DNA of 63,334 nucleotides, filler included, from Candidatus Coatesbacteria bacterium (lineage in GTDB: Bacteria; JAFGND01): assembly GCA_016927185.1 (NCBI GenBank). It is 3 parts of 3 records of this genome, joined end to end, with 100 filler letters (N's around TTAATTAATTAA, not from the genome) between each part and the next. Parts side by side here need not be neighbours in the genome. Positions count along the whole stretch, not along the records: positions 18,751 to 43,550 come from JAFGND010000010.1; 2 more parts are not named here. The stretch is one strand, 5' to 3'. The position numbers and the translations under genes were made by a program. The notes beneath the pieces are model-generated. The model saw only the letters and a program-made list of their open reading frames with translations, did no database searches and was not told where the DNA came from. Shown piece by piece: positions 33,310 to 42,206 of the stretch (position 1 is the stretch's first letter; each line of letters opens with the position of its first letter).

Positions 33310-34479
33310 TCATACAAGTGCATTTGCTCTCAATATGGAGTTCTGGCCAAAGCGTCTTCTTACCCTTGTCACTATATCAGTAACAGCAAGATCCTGCCTT
33401 GCCTGTCTGGAGAGTGGAAGCTCCATCTGATAAGCACCATAATTGAAGCCTGAAATACCTATTCCTATAAGGCGAACCTTTGTTGCAGGGTTGTCATTTA
33501 TCCAGCCATCCAGAATAGATGCTGAGCGAAGAAAGAGAAGTGCTTCCCCCCTGTCATGACCATCATAAGTCCTTGCAATTGAAACAGTTTTAAATGAAGA
33601 ATCCCTTACGACAAGATAGATGGTTCTGTATGATGCTCCATGAACCCACATTCTCTGGGCAACCTTGCTTACGAGATATGAGAGAACAGCTCTTAAGCGC
33701 CCCCTGTCCTTGATATCCTGATCCAGTGTGGTTGAATGAGATATGCTTTTGGGGGGCGGCTGCAAGCCATCATGAACAACCTCACTCGGATCATTTCCAA
33801 GAGCTATCTGTTTCATCCAGTAGCCATTTTTTCCAAATCTTCTTATTAGATCAGTCACTGGCGCATTTGCAAGATCCCCTATAGTGTTGATATTCATTAT
33901 TTTAAGAGCTACTTCAGTGCTCTGTCCGATACCCACAAGCTCTTTCACAGGGAGAGTCCAGTAATGCCTGTCAAGTTCGTTTTTTGGGATGACAAACAAG
34001 CCATCAGGTTTTCCAAGTGAAGTGGCAACCTTTGCAACTATTTTTGCCTGGCTTATGCCAACAGTGCACGGAAGTTTAAGTTCCTGCCTGATTGTCTTTT
34101 TTATCTTGTATCCCAGGGACTTAGCTTCTTCCAGATCTTTGCATATGCCTTTCAGATCAAGGAATGCCTCATCAATTGAATATGCCTCAACCCTGTCCGA
34201 GAAACGTTTAAGTATATTCATGATTTGCATGGAGTAATAGAGATATTTGCGATGATCCCCCTCTACAAGTATGATTGATGGGCATGCCTTTCTTGCAAGA
34301 TATATTGGCATTCCTGTCTTGACGCCCCTTGCCCTTGCAGCATAACTTGATGTTGTTATTATTGAGCGCCCCTCTATTGCCCCACAGACAGCTATTGGCT
34401 TTCCAAGCAGGCTGGGATTTATGACCTGCTCTACTGATGCAAAAAATGCGTCCATATCAACATGAAGTATAATATTCAT
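33310..34479 (-). CDS. dinB: DNA polymerase IV (Y-family)
   Basis: HVDMDAFFASVE, SYAAR..GVKTGM, SIDEAFLD, KPDG, KSIS. Start placed at the ATG at 34479. Confidence 0.92.
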   Translation of the reverse strand: MNIILHVDMDAFFASVEQVINPSLLGKPIAVCGAIEGRSIITTSSYAARARGVKTGMPIYLARKACPSIILVEGDHRKYLYYSMQIMNILKRFSDRVEAYSIDEAFLDLKGICKDLEEAKSLGYKIKKTIRQELKLPCTVGISQAKIVAKVATSLGKPDGLFVIPKNELDRHYWTLPVKELVGIGQSTEVALKIMNINTIGDLANAPVTDLIRRFGKNGYWMKQIALGNDPSEVVHDGLQPPPKSISHSTTLDQDIKDRGRLRAVLSYLVSKVAQRMWVHGASYRTIYLVVRDSSFKTVSIARTYDGHDRGEALLFLRSASILDGWINDNPATKVRLIGIGISGFNYGAYQMELPLSRQARQDLAVTDIVTRVRRRFGQNSILRANALV

Positions 34480-34483
34480 ATTT

Positions 34484-34786
34484 TTAATAAATCGCTTTCT
34501 CCATGTACCACAACATTTTAGCAGAATCGAAACCAAGTTCGAAATGATCCCCATTCCTGTCCTGGATTGCAAAATGGTAGCATCTGTAAACTCCATGCGA
34601 AGAAATCCAGCTTGAGAATATGGTTTTTATATGGTGAGGGATTCCTTCTATCCTGAAACGAACAGGCCTGAGCTTCCCTCCTTCGAAAACTGCAATGACA
34701 TCTATTACCTTTAGATCATCTTCTGCATAATAAAGATTGGCACCAGGAGGCTCCATTCCCATATTGACCCTTGTTAATTTAGCCAT
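34484..34786 (-). CDS. Small beta-rich protein (DUF6504-like) directly upstream of dinB
   Basis: Pattern V...G..RPVRF...G....I..I...W......YHF.......FEL.FD....W. GAGGAG RBS before the ATG at 34786. Confidence 0.65.
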   Translation of the reverse strand: MAKLTRVNMGMEPPGANLYYAEDDLKVIDVIAVFEGGKLRPVRFRIEGIPHHIKTIFSSWISSHGVYRCYHFAIQDRNGDHFELGFDSAKMLWYMEKAIY

Positions 34787-34827
34787 AATGGCACTCCTCT
34801 GGAAAAGAAACAGCCTTTTTATATCTG

Positions 34828-34862
34828 CAAACATAATATATAATATTTGAATATTTTGTCAA
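34828..34862 (-). promoter_or_regulatory. Sigma70-type promoter overlapped by an imperfect palindrome (candidate operator)
   Basis: Minus strand TTGACA-16-TATATT. CAAACATAATATATAATATTTG (34828-49) is 18/22 self-complementary. Confidence 0.5.
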
Positions 34863-35037
34863 GTAATTTTTTTATTTTTTTTGAAAAATGATTACTGAAG
34901 CATATTCTATTTGGCATATCCATGTGCTGAAAAAATATTAAATTTGAATTATGAAGGATCTTTCATGGCAGCAAGAAAATTCCATGTTTGTTCATGGGAG
35001 ATCTTATGAAAACCTCAAGATTACAATTACATAAAGT

Positions 35038-37305
35038 CTAAAATTCTATGCCTATTCCCCCGTAAATGAATCTTGCAAATTGATACATTTCAATGGATTT
35101 GTTCTTTTCCTCTGACCAGTAATACATGAAGACATTCTTCCTGTCATATACATTCCAGCAGTCTATGAATGTTATGAAATTGAATCCTGAAAAGCTTTTC
35201 CTGAAATCAGCTCTTATATCCAGCCTGTGATATGGGGGATACTTTTCCTTGAGAATCCTTGTTGTATCATATCTAGCCGTACCTGCCCTTCTTGATGCTT
35301 CTTCATCAAATGGGGTATATACTCCACCACCGTTATATCTCCATTTAGTGGAAGTCTCAAGCCAGCGGAAAGGTTTCCATCCAAGAACAAGATTAATCAT
35401 GTTACCGAAATCGAAAACCCCAGGTCTTTCTATGCCATCAAGCCCCTTGAATCTCGACTTGCTCAATGTATATGATGCTATGAAGTAATAATTCTCGAAA
35501 AGCTTCTTTTGTGCAAAGAACTCAATACCTCTTGATGAAGCGGTTCCCTCAGGAATTATCCTGTCGAACACAAAAGGATCATCAATTCCGCCATTTGTAA
35601 GAACCTGCCATGGTGTTTCTTCTGCAACAGGGAGTTTTCCGTATTTTTTCAGATATCCTTCTATAGATATTTTAAGTGAAGCTACAGGGAAATAGTCAAC
35701 TCCAGCAACATAATGATCGCATCGCATATATGGAAGCTTCGTATTTTCAGGATTACCAGTCATCCATACATATGGAGGAGCTTGCTGGAAAATCCCGTAA
35801 CCTCCATTTACCGAGAAATTTTCAAGTATCTTGTAAGTTGTTCCAACTCTTGGGGATATGGCAGATTTTTTCGTGAACGAGAAATAATCCCCTCTTAGGC
35901 CGGTTATTGTTGTCAATCTCCTGGACAACCTGCTTACAAGCTGGATTGATGCTGCTCCCTTGAATGAACTTATGTTTTTCTCTATATCAGTTTCGTCCCG
36001 GGAGTTTCCCCATTCTGTAGTGTCTTCTTCTGCCCAGAAATGATGATTGAAAAATACGTTCTTTCCCTCGAGTGCACTGCCAAGGGAGAATTTATTGCTT
36101 AGATCCATGCTTGTTTCATATCTTATGCCATTATATCCTTCATCTGATTCATTGAAGAAAGTCCTCTTTCCTGTTGCTGCTTTTATCATGTCACTGTAGT
36201 AATAATCATATACGCGGGAGACTGAAATCACGGAATAGCCTCCCTTTCTCCAGATATTTTTCCAGTAAGCTCCTGTTACATAATGCTTTCCCTTGTTAAG
36301 TATATCTTCAGCAATAACAGTATCAGCTGGAACATCTATCCTGTCAATTCCACCAAAACCGATAATACCTATCTTGTTGTTTGAATTGATATCATAAACT
36401 CCTTTTACAAGTGCATTTGTATATTCCGGGACAGCAGTAATGTCAAGACCTTCCCTTACCAGTTCAAGAAATGACTTCCTGAAGGAAACCAGATATGACA
36501 TCTTGTTTTCCTTTATCGGTCCTTCAAACAAGCCACCAACACCTGCTACCCCCAATTCTCCGTATCCACCCATTTTCTGCTTGTTTCCTTCCCTGAGATC
36601 TATATCAAGAACAGATGATAATCTGTCTCCATATATTGCAGGAAATGCTCCTGTAAGAAACCTGACTTCTCGTATTGCATCAGTATTAAGCATGTTTATG
36701 GCTCCACCACCGTTTATCTGAGTTGTGAAGTGATTGATATTTGGAACTTCAATATAATCAAGTATAGTCAGGTTTTCAGCAGGGCTTCCTCCGCGGACTA
36801 TAAGATCATTATGTCCATCTGCAGGAGCAGAGACTCCAGGAAGATTTTGCACTACTCTCTGCGCATCTTCCATTGTTCCTGGTGAACGTCTTACCTCTTC
36901 CTGATTTATCAAGGTGACTGAAGTTGAATTATCCTCGGGCTTGGTGAAAGCAGATGGAGTGACAATATCTCTTATATAACCAAGCTTCAGCTCTTCCAGT
37001 TTGAAAAGCCTCTGGACTGTTCTTCCTGATTCCACAACAACGTCAGTTATTATGACAGGCTTGTACATATCCGAATTTATGTATAGATTATAGCCTCCAA
37101 GAGGAATTTTCTTGAATTCGAAATTCCCGCCTGAGTCGCATGTTGTCTGTAAATCAAGCTTCCTGATTTCAACAAAAGCACCCGGAATTGGTTTCCCAGT
37201 TATTATATCAACAACCTGTCCCTGTATTTCTCCAAGATATTCCTGAGCATAAATCAATGAACAGCAAAGGATTATAAGCACAATAATATTCATGGGATTA
37301 TTCAT
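35038..37305 (-). CDS. TonB-dependent receptor with a CarboxypepD_reg-like N-domain
   Basis: Signal peptide. G.VVD..TGKPIPGA, plug LPGV..VRGGSP.EN, GAFPA.YGDRLSSV, YHRLD, C-terminal F. Confidence 0.92.
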   Translation of the reverse strand: MNNPMNIIVLIILCCSLIYAQEYLGEIQGQVVDIITGKPIPGAFVEIRKLDLQTTCDSGGNFEFKKIPLGGYNLYINSDMYKPVIITDVVVESGRTVQRLFKLEELKLGYIRDIVTPSAFTKPEDNSTSVTLINQEEVRRSPGTMEDAQRVVQNLPGVSAPADGHNDLIVRGGSPAENLTILDYIEVPNINHFTTQINGGGAINMLNTDAIREVRFLTGAFPAIYGDRLSSVLDIDLREGNKQKMGGYGELGVAGVGGLFEGPIKENKMSYLVSFRKSFLELVREGLDITAVPEYTNALVKGVYDINSNNKIGIIGFGGIDRIDVPADTVIAEDILNKGKHYVTGAYWKNIWRKGGYSVISVSRVYDYYYSDMIKAATGKRTFFNESDEGYNGIRYETSMDLSNKFSLGSALEGKNVFFNHHFWAEEDTTEWGNSRDETDIEKNISSFKGAASIQLVSRLSRRLTTITGLRGDYFSFTKKSAISPRVGTTYKILENFSVNGGYGIFQQAPPYVWMTGNPENTKLPYMRCDHYVAGVDYFPVASLKISIEGYLKKYGKLPVAEETPWQVLTNGGIDDPFVFDRIIPEGTASSRGIEFFAQKKLFENYYFIASYTLSKSRFKGLDGIERPGVFDFGNMINLVLGWKPFRWLETSTKWRYNGGGVYTPFDEEASRRAGTARYDTTRILKEKYPPYHRLDIRADFRKSFSGFNFITFIDCWNVYDRKNVFMYYWSEEKNKSIEMYQFARFIYGGIGIEF

Positions 37306-37903
37306 TTTTTTCCCCTTTTGAATGATTTGTGCAAAATACATTGTCAAGCAGATTATTAATATATTTCATCTGATAATCATTGTTTTTAAGCTCTATATTT
37401 CCCAGACCTTCAAAGACTCCTGGGAAAATCGGTATGAACATTACAGAAGAGATGATCTGAAGGATTATACTTTCGTAATCTCGATTTTCATTGAACTCCC
37501 TGAGCCTTTTGAGAAGCTTGTGAAGATAATCCCTGAAAAAAACCATGAAAGGGCTATCATAATTATTGTTTATGAAAGCTGCATATAAATGAGCTTTTGT
37601 GATATTCTGGTAAAGCATCCCTCCTGACAGATTATAAACTGCTATTTCATGCAATAATTCTCTGGATGAAGGATAGTCCCTTGCCAGGAAATCCTCCATG
37701 TCTCTCTGGTAATGCTCTTGTGTGTATTTCAGTACTTCCTCTACCAGCTCATCTTTTGAACCGAAATAGTAGTTTATTGCAGCAATATTCACATTTGCAA
37801 TCTCGGCAACCTTTCTGATTGTAAGCCCATGCATACCATCTTTTTCTATATATTCTATAGCAGAGACTATTATCTTCGATTTCAGCTCTTCCTTCTTTTT
37901 CAT
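37298..37903 (-). CDS. TetR/AcrR family regulator
   Basis: TIRKVAEIANVNIAAINYYFGSKDEL. Confidence 0.93.
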   Translation of the reverse strand: MKKKEELKSKIIVSAIEYIEKDGMHGLTIRKVAEIANVNIAAINYYFGSKDELVEEVLKYTQEHYQRDMEDFLARDYPSSRELLHEIAVYNLSGGMLYQNITKAHLYAAFINNNYDSPFMVFFRDYLHKLLKRLREFNENRDYESIILQIISSVMFIPIFPGVFEGLGNIELKNNDYQMKYINNLLDNVFCTNHSKGEKNE

Positions 37904-37915
37904 TTTATCTCCTTA

Positions 37916-37987
37916 TTTCAAACAATAATTTAAAATACTAATTTAAAACATCAGTTTAAATTTAATGTTTGAATCGCATTTTGTCAA
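37916..37987 (-). promoter_or_regulatory. tetR promoter with a 13-bp-periodic operator array
   Basis: TTGACA-17-TAAATT on the minus strand. TTTVAA at 37916, 37929, 37942, 37955 and 37968. Flanking TTCAAACA/TGTTTGAA. Confidence 0.65.
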
Positions 37988-38121
37988 GGGTTTAAATCAA
38001 GATTTTTTCGTTCACTAAGCAGATATTTTTAGAGAATTATACTTTCTAAAGAAATTTGTGATAAAAAACAATATTTAAATCATGAGAAAGAATAAATTTG
38101 CCTTGAGTTTGAAAATGGATT

Positions 38122-38715
38122 TTATTTTATTTCATTTCTTTTTTCAAGTGCAAATGCAATAGTCTGTCCATCAAAATACTCTAAATCGCTTCCAACAGGA
38201 AGACCTCTTGCAAGTCTCGTTATTTTTACATTCCTGTTCTTCAGCATTGAAAAAAGATACTTTGCAGTTGTTTCTCCCTTTATACTGAGATTGGTTGCAA
38301 TAATAACTTCTGAAATTCCTTCCCTGATTATCCTTTGTTCAAGAAAATTCATGTTCAGGTCTTCTGCCCTTATTCCTTCAATCGGGGAAATGCTTCCTCC
38401 GAGAACATGATAAATGCCATTGTAATTCCCTGCCCCTTCTATCAAATCCACAATGTGGGGAGTTTCAACAATGCATAACAGCTCATGATTCCTCTCCTTG
38501 CTGGAGCAGATTGGACATATCTCTTCTTCACTATAGGCATTGCATATCCTGCAGGTTCTTATATTCTCTTGCAGTGAAAGCAGACTGTTTGCAAGGTTTG
38601 CAACATCATCCTTCTTCCACTTCAGAAGAGTGTAGGCAAGCCTTGTTGCTGTCCGTTCTCCGATACCTGGCAATCTGGATAACTGGATTATGAGAGCTTT
38701 TATTGTCGGCAGCAT
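38122..38715 (-). CDS. recR: Recombination mediator RecR
   Basis: LPGIGERTATRLA, C4 zinc finger, YHVLGG, TRLARGLPVG. Confidence 0.96.
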   Translation of the reverse strand: MLPTIKALIIQLSRLPGIGERTATRLAYTLLKWKKDDVANLANSLLSLQENIRTCRICNAYSEEEICPICSSKERNHELLCIVETPHIVDLIEGAGNYNGIYHVLGGSISPIEGIRAEDLNMNFLEQRIIREGISEVIIATNLSIKGETTAKYLFSMLKNRNVKITRLARGLPVGSDLEYFDGQTIAFALEKRNEIK

Positions 38716-39026
38716 TAAATCAAACCGGGAATCTTGACTCCGCCAGTGACCTTGCCTATCTCTGCATTCCTTGTTTCTTCAGCTTTTTTGGATGCATCAG
38801 TTATTGCAGCAAGAACAAGGTCTTCGAGCATTTCAACATCCTGTGGGTCAACAACTTGCGGATCAATTTTCACTGATTTGAACACCAATCCACCTGTTAC
38901 AACAACCTTTACCATGCCTCCACCAGAATTGCCTTCTATATCCATTTTCTCGAGCATTTCCTGAGCTTGCTGAATTTTTTTCTGAAGTTTTTGTGCCTGC
39001 TGCATCATGGTGTTGAAATTGTTCAT
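38715..39026 (-). CDS. ybaB: YbaB/EbfC nucleoid-associated protein
   Basis: QAQKLQ, SGGGMVKV, DVEMLEDLVLAA. Adjacent to recR. Confidence 0.95.
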   Translation of the reverse strand: MNNFNTMMQQAQKLQKKIQQAQEMLEKMDIEGNSGGGMVKVVVTGGLVFKSVKIDPQVVDPQDVEMLEDLVLAAITDASKKAEETRNAEIGKVTGGVKIPGLI

Positions 39027-40244
39027 TTATTTTTCCTCCTTCTTGTCATTTTCAGGCAGAAGATGACCTAGTTTAGATCTCTTCGCTTCAAGATATTTCC
39101 TGTTCACCTCATTAGCTTCTATTACAATTGGTTCCCTGCTTACTACTTCAAGTCCATATGCCTCAAGCCCTACGATTTTTTTGGGATTGTTAGTAATTAA
39201 CCTTATCTTTTTTATGCCAAGATCAGCAAGAATCTGAGCACCTTCACCATAATCCCTCAAATCGGGTTTGAAACCAAGAGAAAGATTAGCCTCTACTGTA
39301 TCTTGTCCCTGATCCTGAAGTACATAGGCTTTGAGCTTATTCGGAAGTCCTATTCCCCTTCCTTCCTGACGCATATATACAATTACTCCCGAGCCTTCCT
39401 TTTTTATCATTTTCATTGCCCTTTGTAGCTGATCCCCGCAATCACAGCGAAGTGAGCCAAAAACATCTCCTGTCAGGCATTGAGAATGAACCCTTGTAAG
39501 AATTGGTTTGTCATATGAGAATTCTCCCATTGTAAGTGCAATATGATGTTCCTCAGTAAGTTTGCTTTCGTAAAGATGAAGCTTGAATATGCCATATTTT
39601 GTAGGCAGGTTGCTTGTAAGAATCTTATGCACCAGTCTTTCAGTCTTGAATCTGTAATGTATAAGATCCTTGACTGTTATAAGGTTAAGTTTATGCTTCT
39701 TGCAGAATTTCTTAAGCTCTGGAAGTCTTGCCATCTTTCCATCATCAGACATGATTTCGCATAAAACTCCTGATGGAGTAAGCCCGGCAAGCCTTGCAAG
39801 ATCTATTGCAGCTTCAGTATGACCTGCACGCCTTAATACTCCACCTTCTCTTGCAGCCAGAGGGAAAATGTGTCCCGGTATTGCGAAATCAGCTGGAGTT
39901 GCATTAGGATTGATAAGCATTCTTACTGTAATAGCTCTGTCTTCTGCTGAAATTCCTGTAGACGTACCCCATTTTGCATCAACACTTACCCTGAAAGGAG
40001 TTCCCATTAGTGAGGTATTCCCCTCTATCATGGGAGGAAGCCTCAGGGAATCAAGCCTGCTTTCAGGAAGGGAAACACATATCAAGCCTCTCCCGAATTT
40101 AGCCATGAAATTTATTGCATCAGGAGAAACCCACTCTGATGCCATTATCAGGTCTCCTTCGTTCTCCCTGTCCTCATCATCCACAACAACTACTATTCTT
40201 CCATGCCTTATATCATTCAAGGCATCTTCAATTTTAGAGAACAC
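39027..40244 (-). CDS. ribBA: Bifunctional DHBP synthase / GTP cyclohydrolase II
   Basis: DDEDRENEGD, RRAGHTEA, RVHSQCLTGD, RCDCG, QEGRGIGL, TNNP. Confidence 0.97.
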   Translation of the reverse strand: MFSKIEDALNDIRHGRIVVVVDDEDRENEGDLIMASEWVSPDAINFMAKFGRGLICVSLPESRLDSLRLPPMIEGNTSLMGTPFRVSVDAKWGTSTGISAEDRAITVRMLINPNATPADFAIPGHIFPLAAREGGVLRRAGHTEAAIDLARLAGLTPSGVLCEIMSDDGKMARLPELKKFCKKHKLNLITVKDLIHYRFKTERLVHKILTSNLPTKYGIFKLHLYESKLTEEHHIALTMGEFSYDKPILTRVHSQCLTGDVFGSLRCDCGDQLQRAMKMIKKEGSGVIVYMRQEGRGIGLPNKLKAYVLQDQGQDTVEANLSLGFKPDLRDYGEGAQILADLGIKKIRLITNNPKKIVGLEAYGLEVVSREPIVIEANEVNRKYLEAKRSKLGHLLPENDKKEEK

Positions 40245-40855
40245 TAATAGCCATCCTTTAAAAGTTTTTCTATTCTTTTATCCTTGTTTATATTATCAAT
40301 ATACTGGATTATATATTTCCCGAACTGGTCAAATTCAAGATTAACATAGTCACCGCTTTTCAGACTCTCTAAATTGGTTCTCTTCAAGGTTTCAGGAATC
40401 AGGGCTGCATGTAGCTCGTTTTCGTACAGTTCTGATATAGTTAATGAAATCCCCTCTATTGCAATTGAACCTTTCAATATTGCGAATTTCCTGAACTTCT
40501 CGTCAAAACTTACTCTCAATATCATGTTGCTCAAGCCAAGCAGTATTCCTGTGCAGTCAACATGTCCAGTAAGCACATGTCCATCAAGCCTGTCATTGAT
40601 TCCAAGGGATTTCTCCAGATTGACTATGGAATTCATCAGGTTTTTGCTGAAACGGGTTTTCAACAGTGTTTCTTCAGACATGAAAAATTCAGAAGTATCA
40701 GGGGTATTTCTTGTTATTGTCAGGCAGGCTCCGCTTACGCAAATTGAATCACCAGCTTTTGAATCAGAGAAGAAATCCGTATCTGTTTTAACTGATAACT
40801 GGTTACCCTTGAATTTTTCTATTCTTCCTGTTGTTTGAATAAGTCCTGTGAACAT
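40244..40855 (-). CDS. ribE: Riboflavin synthase (alpha chain)
   Basis: MFTGL, GDSICVSGACLT, VNLE, GHVLTGHVD, GSIAIEGISLT. Confidence 0.95.
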   Translation of the reverse strand: MFTGLIQTTGRIEKFKGNQLSVKTDTDFFSDSKAGDSICVSGACLTITRNTPDTSEFFMSEETLLKTRFSKNLMNSIVNLEKSLGINDRLDGHVLTGHVDCTGILLGLSNMILRVSFDEKFRKFAILKGSIAIEGISLTISELYENELHAALIPETLKRTNLESLKSGDYVNLEFDQFGKYIIQYIDNINKDKRIEKLLKDGY

Positions 40856-41395
40856 TTATTTCTTTGTCTTGCCTTTATCTTCCTTTTTCTTCTCATCCTT
40901 GATATTTGTTGCTTCCTTCTTCAATGAGTCAACATTAGAGCTCATTTTCTTGAAGAGGGAATCCTTTGCAGAATGAAGAGATTCAGAAGACTTCTTCTGC
41001 TCATTCTTTCTGGAAAATATCTCAGATGCCTGGAATTTTTCCCTGTTTTGTATAGATAGCCTTGAAGTTGGAATCGCTTGCTGTTGCTGTCTTCTCAATG
41101 TAGCTGAGCGGAATTCCTGACCGATTGTTGTACCCATAACAAGGAATATAGAGAATACTATTATGTTTGTAGAAAGGAGAAGCGCTATTTCCTTGTCCCT
41201 GTTATAAATAATTGTATAAATGAATGCCCCACCAAAAAGAAGCACAACTATGGATATAACAGGAGATATGTTGCATCCTGTCCATAAAGGAATGAAACCT
41301 GCTATGAATCCAAGGAAACTCATTCCAAGATAAAATAATATCTGTGGGTTGAAAAACATACAAGATAGAGATTGGAAATCAAGGAGTTTAGTCAA
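40856..41395 (-). CDS. Hypothetical membrane protein with a charged C-terminal tail
   Basis: Three hydrophobic segments followed by a Q/K/E-rich tail. Start uncertain. Confidence 0.6.
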   Translation of the reverse strand: MTKLLDFQSLSCMFFNPQILFYLGMSFLGFIAGFIPLWTGCNISPVISIVVLLFGGAFIYTIIYNRDKEIALLLSTNIIVFSIFLVMGTTIGQEFRSATLRRQQQQAIPTSRLSIQNREKFQASEIFSRKNEQKKSSESLHSAKDSLFKKMSSNVDSLKKEATNIKDEKKKEDKGKTKK

Positions 41396-41646
41396 TGAAA
41401 AACATCAATTTTTTATAAAAAACTGCATTTTTATTTTCTGGTCTTTGAAAATTGAATGCAGGACTTCTCTGAAGAGAAGATTCATTTTTATCCAGGACAA
41501 GACAAACAGCATTGATTTTTAATTGAGCCTTAAAAAGTGTATAAATAATATTTTTCTTGACAAATAGTAAAAAAAATAATTATATGGATAGCAAAATCAT
41601 TATAATCATCTTTAAATTAATAATTAAAAATGAGAGGAGTCTTGAA

Positions 41647-42198
41647 ATGACGCTTGATGAGTATCTTGAAAGCAAGGGAGTGAGATTTTTATCTGCCAGG
41701 GAGCTTGCAAGAAGAAAAATGCCTTCTCAGCACTTGTGGCATAACATAGTTCCAACTGCTATGTTGGTTCAGCAGATAAGAACGGATCTGAGACTGATAA
41801 CAGGCAAGGATATAAGAATAAAAGTCATTTCTGGTTACAGACCTTTTGGAACTGCAAACAATTCTGCAAATCACGGAAAATTCTTTGCAATTGATTTCAT
41901 GGCATTGATTTATGAAAACAATAAGTATAAGCAGGAGTTCCCTACATCTGAACTTGCAAAGATAGTCTGGAACTACTTTCTGAAACATGGCAAAGACTGG
42001 AAGATGGGAGCAGGTTATTATCCAAAAGGTAGCGATAAGTCAGGCAATTGCAACTTCATTCATATTGATTTGTTTCAGAATATAAAGATAAGACCAGGTG
42101 TCTGGGAAGAGTTTGACAAGTGGGAAGCAAGGCATCAAGAACATTTTGAAGAATATCCAATAACTGAGATAAATCTTTTCAAGGAACTGGAAAGCTAA
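41647..42198 (+). CDS. Peptidase M15-like (LAS family) metallopeptidase
   Basis: ISGYR, NH....AIDF, FIHID. GAGGAG RBS before the ATG at 41647. Confidence 0.78.
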   Translation: MTLDEYLESKGVRFLSARELARRKMPSQHLWHNIVPTAMLVQQIRTDLRLITGKDIRIKVISGYRPFGTANNSANHGKFFAIDFMALIYENNKYKQEFPTSELAKIVWNYFLKHGKDWKMGAGYYPKGSDKSGNCNFIHIDLFQNIKIRPGVWEEFDKWEARHQEHFEEYPITEINLFKELES

Positions 42199-42206
42199 AC
42201 TATAGT

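Noticed and set aside
34480..34596. N-terminal extension of dinB in the ORF track
   Set aside because: It overlaps the upstream gene, and family homology starts at MNIILHVDMD (34479).
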